Origin: Octopus bimaculoides
Lineage: Eukaryota
Assembly: GCF_001194135.2 (NCBI RefSeq)
Contig: NC_068990.1
Coordinates: forward strand, 50,075,306 to 50,121,309
DNA length: 46,004 nucleotides
Reading direction: 5' to 3'
The notes under the pieces were generated by a model that saw only the letters and a program-made list of their open reading frames with translations, made no database searches and was not told the origin of the DNA. The first letter of the stretch is position 1, and each line of letters starts with the position of its first letter. Of the stretch, positions 22,790-34,231 are shown piece after piece. Both the position numbers and the translations under genes were made by a program.

Positions 22790-23330
22790 AGTATGTTGTG
22801 GACCATGCATTTGTATACTATGCCAAACCTTCTGCATCGGGCTTGCAATAGGCATTGGGCTTGCAATAGGCATTCGGCTATAGATTGGCAGTTTCAGCTA
22901 TCTGTCCTATGTGGGTTATTAGTGGTAAGGGAAGTTGCAGTACTATTTATGGAGAAATTAAAATTAAGGGTGTTATTAGCAGATTGGCTCATATTTATCA
23001 CTTCAATATGAACACATCATTCAAAATACTGTCGGATATACCTGGGATTTTAATTAAGGACCTGTACCTTCATGGAAGTACTGACCAACATCATATCCCC
23101 TGGAAAAAAATGAGTTGTGAACATTATTCTCTCACCTGTATTCTACCTTTACTCTTTATTCTTCTATTTTATTCCTTATAAACTGTGAATATATTTTGTT
23201 CCTTGTAAACTAAATTTTCCCTGTTTAAAATATTCATACCTTGTCTCTGATGATGGAATAGCCTCAGAAATGGCTATAAACTTCAAATTCACCTTACCCT
23301 AATTAACTTATTCTAAATGACTTGAGATAC
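22790..23330 (+). mobile_element. Possible Penelope-like 3'-end relic with hammerhead-like motif
   Basis: Peptide TSFKILS, as in PLE GIY-YIG C-termini, followed by GTCTCTGATGA...GAAA...ATA at 23243-23283. Confidence 0.35.
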
Positions 23331-23453
23331 TCCTAATTTGGTTTTGCTTCTTCCTCCAATATAATATATACCTGCCATAACTGAACCCTAGATCCAGCCT
23401 CAGTTGTGAACTTGGAACCTAACAGACAACTAACTATAGCGATTCATTTATAC

Positions 23454-26183
23454 CAGTGATGCCCAACGTGGTCCCCAAAGAAGTCATAGCCATAAAAAAA
23501 TTGAAGCCATTTCAGATCTACACAATATTGTTCGATAATAAAGACACTGTTAGTTAATAATAATTTATATGAAGACAGAATAATNNNNNNNNNNNNNNNN
23601 NNNNNNNNNNNNNNNNNNNNNNNNNNNNNNNNNNNNNNNNNNNNNNNNNNNNNNNNNNNNNNNNNNNNNNNNNNNNNNNNNNNNNNNNNNNNNNNNNNNN
23701 NNNNNNNNNNNNNNNNNNNNNNNNNNNNNNNNNNNNNNNNNNNNNNNNNNNNNNNNNNNNNNNNNNNNNNNNNNNNNNNNNNNNNNNNNNNNNNNNNNNN
23801 NNNNNNNNNNNNNNNNNNNNNAGCAGTTATAATACATCAATGACAACAGCAAGCTAGTTTCACAGCGGCAGTGGAGGGAGCAAAATCTGAGATTTTTGAG
23901 TTGATCCCAATAGTCAAGGCTTATCATGTCATCCTCCGCAGACCTCCGCCAAGCAGCTCATTTTAAGATAGATATGTGAGTAAAATTACTAATAGAGAAA
24001 CGAAAATAAACTTTGGAAACAGCAATGCAACCATAGGTTAAGTGGAAACGATGAAGTGTTTTCAAAGGAGATAATCAAAGAACGTAACATTGTAATACTT
24101 CATGTAAAGTAAATATAACAAATGAAAAAGCCTTGAAGAATTCATAAAAATTCATGGATCACTACCAAAATTTCATTATCTGTTCCTTGTGTCATTACCA
24201 ACTTTTCCTGCAAGTTTCATCAAATACCGTTCACAACTTTTGAGTTATTTTGCACACAGACGGACAAACCAACGCCGATGAAAACATAACCTCCTTCCTT
24301 GGCAGAGGTAATAATTATTCCATAAGAATCAATAATGTATAATATATAATCAATAATATATTACAATCAAGAATTACATAATTTAAATTTTACAATCACA
24401 ACAGTTTCATAATAAATTTGATATTTTTAATAGATCACTACACAATATTGTTTAATAATAAATTTGATAGAAAATACAGCCAATCAAACTACCCGACTTT
24501 GTAAAGAAGATAAAATATTGAAAAAGCGAAGGCACTCAAACCAAGTTACTTGATCTCTGAAATTATTGCCAAGGTTGCAACGCCTCAGATTTATGGTAAA
24601 AAACTTGTCAAGCCTGCTATGATAGCTTGTGCAAATGAGGTTCTGGGAAAAGATGCTGCATCTACTCAGAGTACAATTCCAAGAAGACAGAATGAAATGT
24701 CTAATTTTGTTGAGAAGATTGTGGAAATTCTCCAAAAGATGAATTTTTCTCTCCAGGTTGATGATAGCACAATTCATAACCAAGCTATCCTTCTGGTCTA
24801 TGTCAAATTCATCCATGAAGATGATATAAGGGAAGAAATGTTATTCATTAAAAGTTTGTCTGAAACTACTAATAGAGAAGATATATTCAATGAAGTAATG
24901 CAATATTTTAATGATAAAAATATTCCATTGACTAATTTGATCAACATTGCATCAGATGGAGTTGCAGCCATGACTGGAAAAGTGAAAGGCTTTGTTTCTA
25001 GAATGAAATCAGTTGCTCCTCACATTTTTTAATATACATTGCATTATCCACAGACAGCATTTGGTTGCTAAGAAAATTGGAGGACACATGGAAGAAGCAC
25101 TCAACACTGCCATACATGCAATTAACTTTGTCAAATCAAACTCAGTGAATAATAGATTTTTTATGCAATTCTGTGAAGATGAAGATTTAAAAACCCTATT
25201 GCTTCACACAGAAGATGGTTGTCAAAAGGCCTGAGCCTTGGAAGACTAGTGACTTTGTGGGAACCATTAATCAACTTTCTCATGTTCAAGAGTTAGATGA
25301 CTCTCTACAACTCCAAGAAGCAAGCTGATACAGCTAAGAAAATTTTGGAAAGACTTTCTGAGTTTAAATCAAAAATATTCTACTTGAGTGATATCTTTAA
25401 AACAGTGAATCTGCTTAACTTAGAGCTGCAAGGTAGAAAATGATTTGGTCACCTGGTCTCAAATGATAGAAGGGTATATGGGGAAATTAAAATTTTAGAA
25501 AAAACAGTTTGAAAAAAAAAATTGGCATCATTTCAAAATCTCAACACCACAGTTCCTACATCAGAATGCATTACCCATCTTGAAGGTCTTCATGTAGACT
25601 TTGAGAGAAGATACAAAGATGGATTATCCCACTCTTGTTTGTAGACCTAGAAAATTATGAGCCAGATGAAAATTTTGAGTTGGCTGAAATGTTGTTGGAT
25701 TTGAAAGAGAATATGAAACTTAGAAGAATTGCAAAAGGTGTCTTTGCCTACATATTGATAAAGGAATCACACCCAAATATTTTTCGATATGTAGAGGCAA
25801 GCATCATACTTTCCCTACCACATGGACGGTGGAATCTGCATTTTCAACTGTTGTAGATATTTTAAGTAGAAAAATAAATAAATTAGATGTCAACAGCAGA
25901 GGAACTATCAGACTAAGACTAAATGAGTTCATTAAAATTAATTATATCTTGTTAGAAAAATCAATATCAGGCTAGTCACTAGCTGAATGGACTAAAAATG
26001 AACGATTTTATGAAAAATGATTTTGATATCTTGTGTTTATCTTTGTTTACTAAAATAAATTTTAAAGTATAAATAGACTATTTTGCCTTTTCATTAAGTA
26101 TCTTAGTGTGAAGATAAGTGGTCCCTAGAAATTTTTTCAAGTAAAAAAATGGTCCCTGAGCTGAAAAAGATTGGGAACCACTG
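23454..26183 (+). mobile_element. hAT DNA transposon (Charlie/ZBED8/SCAND3-like transposase), decayed
   Basis: TIRs CAGTGATGCCCAAC and GATTGGGAACCACTG. Near-match 8-bp TSD ATTTATAC / GTTTACAC. Peptides LVKPAMIACANEVLG, FSLQVDDST, IASDGVAAMTG, HCIIHRQHL and LLLHTE. Confidence 0.88.
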
Positions 26184-26235
26184 GTTTACACCACAAGTGA
26201 ACTAAACCCCTCATATTCTATACTAGCATGGATAG

Positions 26236-26269
<34 letters not shown>

Positions 26270-26473
26270 TACATATATAAACTTTTTATTTTCATATATA
26301 TCTATATATTTGTTTTACATTCCTTTTCATACCTATGTATATATCTATTTTTATATATTTTTTCATCCCTTTATATATACTTTTTATGTATTGTATATTC
26401 TTGCTTGTCTTTGAACCACTCAGCATCACTATAAAGTGTTTTTGCAATGCAGTACAAATTGCATATGACTTAC

Positions 26474-26519
26474 TTTCTGCACAGGCCTTTCTAACATAAT
26501 TGTTAACACTTATCTTCAT
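26474..26519 (-). CDS. Weak candidate for TTC32 upstream coding exon: MKISVNNYVRKACAE(S)
   Basis: GTAAGT donor at 26473. Its phase-1 end fits the 22-nt exon, and YVRKACAESSGE resembles vertebrate YIRRCACAASSDE. Against: an in-frame TAA at 26531-26529 and no first TPR helix. Confidence 0.3.
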
Positions 26520-27126
26520 TGCTATGTCTTATTTTCCTTTTATGCTCTTTTGTAATTTTGCATGTCCTTTTGTCTTATGGTGTCACAAGAGCTGTGGCGT
26601 TGAGGCTAGACCTCATGGGTTGGAGGTACCAAGTCATCAACTCATACACAGCTGGCCTTTCGGTAGATGTAAATTCACTTCCTCAGCAACTGAAGGTAAT
26701 GGTGGAATTTGGTTTCTCTATTTGGTGTCTTTTTTAGGGACAGCATTGCCCACCAAAGTATTTGAAAGTGTTTAGAAAAGGTAACCCCAAAATTGCTCAC
26801 CTCATGAAAATCTGGTCAGTTGAGTGCAGCTGGCAGGTGTGCATATAGCACCGAAACAATAGAATTAGTAATGCCAATCAATTGGCCTTAAGATTTTTTG
26901 TAGGCTGATAATGCAGGAGCTTGTCCTGAGCATAAAACAGTTATTCTTGCTAAAGAACTATGAAAAAATTCTGTAGATATTGCAGCACTTAGAAAGCTGC
27001 TTATTGGGAGATGGTCAAGTTACTACTAGGTACAAGGTATTCTAGAAGGGAAACGAGGACAATATATGGAAGCAAGTGTAGGCTTTGACTTTAAAAAATG
27101 AGATAGTGTCAAAGTCAAGCAACTTA

Positions 27127-28288
27127 CGAGGGATGTTTATTAAAGATTTCCACTAACCCATTTCTTAAGGACTGGAATAAATGAAATTTGGCATAATCAT
27201 TAGTCATTTTTTACATAGCTTCCACCAATGGTGATACACTTCTCCCATTGCTTTACACAGCTGTAAAGATCTTGTCTGTAGCAGTCGGTAGGTTGCGCCT
27301 GGAGCCAAAACTTTACCTTGGAAAGAAATTCATCATCATCCAAAAAGTGCTTCCTCTTCAAAAAAGACTTCATGGTTGGAAAGAGATGGAAGTCAGGAGA
27401 ATGTGGAAGGATTTCATAGCGGCAGGAGTATGCTTTCATCTGGGCAACCTGTGCATTGTGAACTGGGATGCGGTGTTGGAGGCGGCGGACTCCATCGGTC
27501 AGCATCCCACACCCCTGTTTTGATGGTGTCCTGCAATTTCTGCAGCAGAGAAGCATAATATGCCCTATTAATTGTGGTGCTCTTTGCCAGAAAATCCATC
27601 ATCACTACTCCATGCTAGTCCCAAAAGACTGTGAGCATCAACTTGTCTATTGAGGGTTGGACACGAGCCTTCTTTGGAGGTGGTGAGTTATCAGGTTTCC
27701 ATTGCTTTGACTGGACATTAGTCTCAGGATCATAGTAATGGGCCCATATCTTATCCTGTGTGATAAGGCAGTTGAAAATGTTCTCAATTTCTTCGCTCAT
27801 TGCCAAAAGAGCTTGGTGGCAATTGACTCTTTCCTGCTTCTGAAAAGGTGTAAGCATGGGGGGGGGGGGGTGTCATGAATGATTTTTTTCTACAGACCCT
27901 ACACTTATCTTCACTTCTTGGGCTAGTTGCTAAATAGTTATGTGAGGATCCTCCGAAATGGCAGCTTCCACTTTATGTATGGTGTTGTCATGAATGGTCG
28001 AATATGGTTATTCAGGAATAGGAGCAGTTTCCACCGATGTCTGACCACATCTGAACTGGTGACACCAGTGCTTGACTATGTCGTATGATGGTGTATGACC
28101 TTTCAAGTATGACCTGATCATTGATTGGTATTCAACTGCTTCCATCATAACACCCTGGTCCACTACAGCAGCTGTAAAAGACAAATGACTCCCAGTGCAA
28201 TTTACAATGTGACATGTATGACACCTGTACAAGTTCTGTTTCCTGCAATAACCAGAAGTCAGGGGGAATCTTTAATGAACACCCCTTG
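27127..28288 (-). mobile_element. Mariner DNA transposon, full-length but decayed
   Basis: TIRs (TA)CGAGGGATGTTTATTAAAGATT and AATCTTTAATGAACACCCCTTG(TG). Transposase from ATG 28145 to 27200: ITQDKIWAHYYDPE, KLMLTVFWD, DFLAKSTTINRAYY, DFHLFP, WEKCI. Confidence 0.9.
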
Positions 28289-29617
28289 TGTGCACTAACT
28301 CTAGATAGCAGTGAAGAAGCAAATCTTGAATTCTATAAAGCTTTAAAAGAGTATTTGTGTGGTATAAACAATTTTGCTTGGTGACTTTAATGCTAGAGTT
28401 GGCACTGACTGGAACACAGAGATGTCTTGGAAGGCATGGGGTTGGGAAAATGAATAGTAATGGTTTGTTGCTCCTTCAACTTTGCATAGAGGTGTACTTA
28501 TTTATACCAAGTACCCAGTTTAAATGTAAAGAATGTAATTGTTAGGTAAAGAGATCTAAAAGATGTACTTAATGTGCATTCCTTAAAGAGGGGGGACTAT
28601 TATTAAGATCATGCACTTGTTAGAGCAAAAGAAAAAAAACTAACATGACAAAATATCCTACGCAGACGGTCTTACAATAAAACCCTACCAAAACATGTTA
28701 ATGTAGGAAAGCTTAAATACTCTGATATGCAGAAAGTTTCGAGGAACATTTCATCAATTCAGGATTCATCTTTATGGGGTAAACTACAAAACAAGTTATA
28801 TATCTCTTCTGAATTCCTTGGTTTTCAAAAAGCTAATAATCAGGATTGGTTTGATGAAAATAAGAGAACTCTGCTATTTCAGCAAAGTCTGTGCTCAGAA
28901 AATCACTCCTTCAGGATAATTTATCCTCTATTAGATGCAAAAAGATACAAAATGAGCTAATATGAGTAATAGCTGAGATACAAAGAGCAATAAGAACTAT
29001 GAAAGAAAATTGATGGAGGGATTTGTGAAGAGATATTCAATCAGCTGCTGACTGACATGATGTTAAAAAGTTTTATGCTCTCATAAAAGGAATATATGGT
29101 CCTAAAGTGGCAAGAATTACACCTCTACATGCAAGCAATGACGAAAGACTACATCAATGGATGTTATTGTAAAATGATGAAAGGAGTATTTTTCTCAATT
29201 TTTTAAAAATTTAAAATTCTAATATCAAGGATAACATTTCCAATCTTCAGCAAATGCCAGTCATTTATAAATTCAACAATATTCCTTCTATTGAAGAGGT
29301 TCAAATCTTGATTAATAGACCTAATCTTGGAAAAACACCAGGAATAGATGGAATCACAGACATTTTCTGGTATGGAGGTTACCATATGGCAAAATTAATG
29401 TGTAAAATAATTTGTGATGTGTGAAAGATAGGAACAGTACCAAAAGCCTGGCATGATGGTATTATAATCCCCATTTGTAAGGAAAAACGTGCACAAGATA
29501 TGGATATTCTTTGCATGATTAAACAAGATTTCAGTGAATGCTCTCCCAGAATCTCAATGTGGCTTTAGATCAAATAGGGGCACCATGGATATGATCTTCT
29601 CTGCATGTCAGGTGCAA

Positions 29618-30258
29618 GACATCATTTAACATCCGTTTTCCATGCTGGCATGGGATGGTTTGACAGGAACTGGCTAGGCTTCATGTCAGTTTTGGCATGG
29701 TTTCTACAGCTGGATGCCCTTACGAATGCCAACCGCTTTACAGCATGTACTGGATGCTTTTATGCAGCACCAGCACCCACAAGTCCTCAAGATTAAAAAC
29801 GCTCAGCTGGAGAGAGATGCAGGAACATGCCTGTATGCAAGGACAACCACACTTTTACTTAGGTTGATGTCTTCTCAAGCACAGTAAACTGCCAGGAGTC
29901 TCAGTCCCATCATCCCCTCTGTGAAACCAAATATCTGAACATCCTTTCTCACCACTTTGTCCCATGTCTACCCCTTCTATATTCCCTCCACAATTACATG
30001 TCTGTACAAGTGCAGTCTTCTCTCTTTCACACATCTGATGCCTTGTATACCCAGTTCTTCTCTCAAATCACTTACACTCTATTGTATATGCACACTGACA
30101 TTACCCATCCAGCAGAGCATACTGGTTTCATTTCTTTCAAGTCTTTGCATATCTTCAGTAGTTACAGCCCATGTCTCACCGCCGGGTTTCATTTCTTTCA
30201 AGCTATTGCATATCCTCAGTATTCTCAGCCCATGACTCAGTCATGTAGCACACTTGTT
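29618..30258 (-). mobile_element. RTE 3'-end repeat (family C) inserted into the RT region of the plus-strand RTE
   Basis: CATCATTTAACATCCGTTTTCCATGCTGGC core. The host frame stops at DMIFS and resumes at ELDLIQVFVDL. Confidence 0.8.
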
Positions 30259-31139
30259 TGAATTGGATTTAATCCAGGTCTTTGTTGATTTAACAAAGGC
30301 CTTTGACAGTGACTATAGGCAGGCATTATGGGTGTGTAGGTGGGGAAGGAGGATGTAAGCTTGGCTGCCCATTACATTTAATAAGATCTTTTCATGGTAA
30401 TATGAATGCATTTGTTAATGTTGGATGAGTTTTTTTCGGCATCTTTTAAAGTGGAAAATGGGGTGAAGCAAGGAGATATTCTTGGACCAACATTATTTTC
30501 TCTAGTTGTGGTTGTAAAGGCATTCAAAAGTTGTTGGGACAAGAGTATATATTTATTATAGAAGCACTAATAAATTACTTAATTTGGGAAAGTTGTCAGC
30601 AAAAACAAAGACATTTACTTGTAATGCAGGTGACTGTAACTTGGTAACCCATTCAGGAACCTGCATCACTTAATACTTTAACTTGATGAATCCTCTATGG
30701 TCTTTGGGCTAACATTAGGTTTAAATAAAACTTGTTTCAACCTGCTTCCAACTCATTATAAACCTGTTCATATTCTCCTAGTTGTTGGAACCCTTCACCT
30801 GCTTGTAATGCACCCACCTATTCTCACCCCCTCCACCAGAAACTCCCTTAGTCACAGTCTCTCACACACATTACTATAATACAAGTGCCATAGCTTGTAC
30901 GCTGTGCATCAAAATGCGACTGAAGAGTACCGATCAATTAATTAACTAATCAGTTTTTATTTATCTTTGTATTAATAATGCTTGTACAGCACATTCACTT
31001 CTGGCAGATGCAGCAAGTGTAAAATGAATGAATGATGGTAGAATAAACGTGAACACAGCTGATATGGTGTCTGCTGGCAATGCTTGTTGAAACCTTTTCA
31101 GATGCTGAACACCACTCCGCTTCTCCCTGTTGCCTCCAC

Positions 31140-31670
31140 TTTCACAACCTTAGAGTTGGCACTGTCATTATAGGCAGATAGAAACGTAGGTCTAGTGAGA
31201 TTTTTGAAATGCTTGTCAGTAGGAGTTGCATTCAAGAAGATGGAAGGGAGCTTCAGCCAGGTTCTTTACAGTCAAAAAACATAAGTATAAAATCTTCTGG
31301 GAAGGCAATAGTGACAGGGCATACTTCTAGCTGAAAAATGGGTAGATAAGTTAAAGTGTGAAAAAATACTTAAGCTTAGACTAGTTTTGCTAAGTAGTAG
31401 AGCAACAATTATTTTTACCCATGCTCCCTCAACCAGGTCTGCCACATGAACATAAGGATCAATTTTATTATACTCTTTTGCAGACTACCATAAAAACAAA
31501 TGACTATGACCGTATCTCTGTGGCTGGTGACTTCAGGACATGTTGGGCAACATATGGGTGGCTTTCATATGTGCAAGGTGGCCATGGAGTTGGTTCCTGT
31601 AATGAGGAAAGAACAAGGCTACTGGAGTTCTTTGATGTAAATAACCTAATGATCTGGATAGATGAATGAG
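31140..31670 (+). mobile_element. RTE LINE endonuclease fragment
   Basis: Peptides HKDQFYYTLL...VAGDF...GGHGVGSCNEERTRLLEF. Confidence 0.7.
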
Positions 31671-31689
31671 TTTTACCCCAGTGTGTCAC

Positions 31690-31960
31690 CTATCAACATG
31701 GAACTTTGTCCTCCTTAAGCAGTGTTAATTTCAGATCCGTCTTCACTACTTCATCCAAAGTGGGTCTTGGTCTCTCTCTTCCACAAACTCCCTTTATTTT
31801 CAGTGTATGGCCCATCTTTGCACACTGTCCTCCTATATACATACCACACACTTCACTCATGTTCAGTTTTTCTCTCAGCCCATTTATGTTCTGTTGTCCA
31901 TGTACCTTATTTAATATTACACAGCCCATAAAGCAGGCTTTCTCTGTTATACATGCAATA
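31690..31960 (-). mobile_element. RTE LINE C-terminal fragment
   Basis: ORF 31968-31693: LREKLNM...GRERPRPTLDEVVKTDLK. Confidence 0.65.
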
Positions 31961-33084
31961 TTAAACAATAAAAAATCCTAATGTCTCTTATTTAGACTAA
32001 CACTAACAGAAATTGCCAGACATTTATGAATTTTGGCAGAAGCCACAAATTTGGGTGGGGTGAGACATAGCCATTTCAGTTCCAATACTTTAATGGATTT
32101 CAAAAGAAAAAAACTAATTCCTGAGATTTGAGCATAAAAAGTTTGAATGTAGCAATAGTCTAGGAAATTAGTACCAATAAGTAGTTTGAGGATAGAGAGA
32201 GATGGGAAGTGGGGACCCTGCCTCCACAAAAAAAAAAACCCCAAACAAACAAAAACTCAACAACTTTGATCATTTTGCGATTTTTTTTTGTTTTATTTAT
32301 ATTTCCCCCCATGTTTTTTTTTATCTTTTCTTTCTTTTTCAGTCAAATTTTTCCACTTTTCTTTATAATTTTTTTTGTACAATGTTTTGTATAATATATA
32401 GAAAGAAATAGGAAAGGTTGGGGATGGAAGAGGAGAGAAAGAGGGAGACAGATTCACCATGCCTAAAAACACCAAGGTGAATCGACTAACATAACCATCA
32501 CATGCACACAAAATATTTAGCCGGCAACGGTCAGGATATTTAACAGCAACTCCTGCTTAGTGGATATATATATATCTTCTCATATGACCCTAGAAATTTA
32601 CAGAAATTCATCTGATCATAGCTGCAGTAAACGCAACATATCTTTAATTTTACTGATGAGCTCACCAGATGTATCTTTGGAGGGGCAGGGAGCACTAGAC
32701 TATGTGACTGTGTGTGCGCACGTGTACGTGTGCGTGTGTGTGTGTGTGTGTGTAATGTGTTTGGAAGCATGTACATGTGTTAATTTTTAACACGAACATG
32801 CAAATGATTTATGCTTAAACAAAAACAAAAATAACATTTAAAGCTGAAGAGTCATTTGTATGTGTATATAACACACACACACAAACTGGTGTATAATAGA
32901 TACACTATACACCAAAATAAGACATTTAAATGTAAATCCACAGAAACACACACAACTCGGCACTGCAGGAGAATTAAAATCAAAACAAAATAAAAAGGGA
33001 AACAAATTTACAAGTATATCTTTTTGTATCTACAATTCTGGTAGACATGCATACACTTACTGAAGGATACTGGCAGACACATAT

Positions 33085-33160
33085 ACAACCCAGTGTGTGT
33101 ATGTGTATATGTATATATAAATGTATATACACACACGCCAGTCATACATATATACATACA

Positions 33161-33199
<39 letters not shown>

Positions 33200-33202
33200 G
33201 CA

Positions 33203-33267
<65 letters not shown>
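33085..33267. repeat. Compound (TG)/(TA)/(CA) microsatellite in the presumed 3' UTR
   Basis: Directly visible. Confidence 0.92.
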
Positions 33268-34129
33268 TGGGTAATGCTCATTGTAATGGATTTTTTCTAA
33301 TGGCAAAGACTGCCATTTTGGTGCGAGACAAGTTATTCCAATTAAGGCACAATATCACATGCCACTGTTCCTATCTGGCAAAAAGTTGTTTGAAGTCTTT
33401 GTGCCAGGAAGCCTGGCACAAAAGTTTACAATACATAATTTGTGTGTATGTGTATACATACATACATACACATGTTAGGATCCACAATGAGCAGAACTTA
33501 CTTGCAGGTATTGGTAGTGCAAATCAGAGGTGCAATCTGTGTGGGTATATATACACACGCACACAATTTCAAATTAAGCAAGATTAGCGAACATGCAGGT
33601 ACTGAACATTGTTTAAATTACACTACCGAGGATTATAGAGTTTCTCACCTGCGTAGCGTTGTATTAATATGTAAAAATAAAGCTACGTTATATGAAAGTG
33701 TGTTTAAGAGTATTTTAGTAGTTGAATAAAATAATGATAAAAGACGACACTTGAAAACACACACACACATATATATATGTGTGTATATATNNNNNNNNNN
33801 TACATACACGCACATACACATATATATACATACATACATAAACAAAAGGAATAGCCAAAACTGTACACAGAGCTGCTAAAAGACTATGAAACTAGTTAAT
33901 GGTAGGTGGTATTGCTACATCAACATATTGCTGAGAGATGTAGCCAACCCTATGGTAGGAATTTTCACACAGGCAGAGAGGTCTTGGTAAGAGGAGGGGA
34001 GCCCACCAAACAAGCTGACAAATGGCAGCAAACCCAGAAAGAGAGAAAGAGAGAAAAAGGTGGTCACCATAGCAACCTTTTGGAAGAGGTCACACCCCTG
34101 CAAGTGGGATTCACACAAGTGAGGTAAAC

Positions 34130-34231
34130 TTAGGATGCACTCCAATAAGTGGGTGCATAATTTTTAGAACCTCCAGATTTTGGCTGTGTGCTAGCCTGCT
34201 GGGCACCACGGCTTGAGCCACCACTGGAATC
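34130..34231 (-). CDS. UBAP2L: UBAP2/UBAP2L (lingerer)-like, last coding exon: DSSGGSSRGAQQASTQPKSGGSKNYAPTYWSAS*
   Basis: Strong acceptor TTCTCTCTTTTCTTTTCAG, phase 0. Ends like the UBAP2 family C-terminus (..QPKS..K..Y...YW). TAA at 34132-34130. Confidence 0.88.
   Translation of the reverse strand, partial: DSSGGSSRGAQQASTQPKSGGSKNYAPTYWSAS

Larger units (their letters stand above)
26560..30790 (+). mobile_element. Long, heavily decayed RTE LINE interrupted by a mariner and an RTE-tail repeat
   Basis: 5' UTR-like segment, then DNAGACPEHKTVILAKEL..VDIAAL, (Y)ALTLDSSEE, GDFNARVG, GRHGVGKMNSNGLLLLQLC, NQDWFDEN, SQCGFRSNRGTMDMIFS, FVDLTKAFD and GVKQGDILGPTLF. Confidence 0.8.

Noticed and set aside
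22839-22874. 18-bp tandem duplication GGGCTTGCAATAGGCATT x2
   Set aside because: Only two adjacent units without spacers. This is a simple slippage duplication, not a CRISPR-like array.
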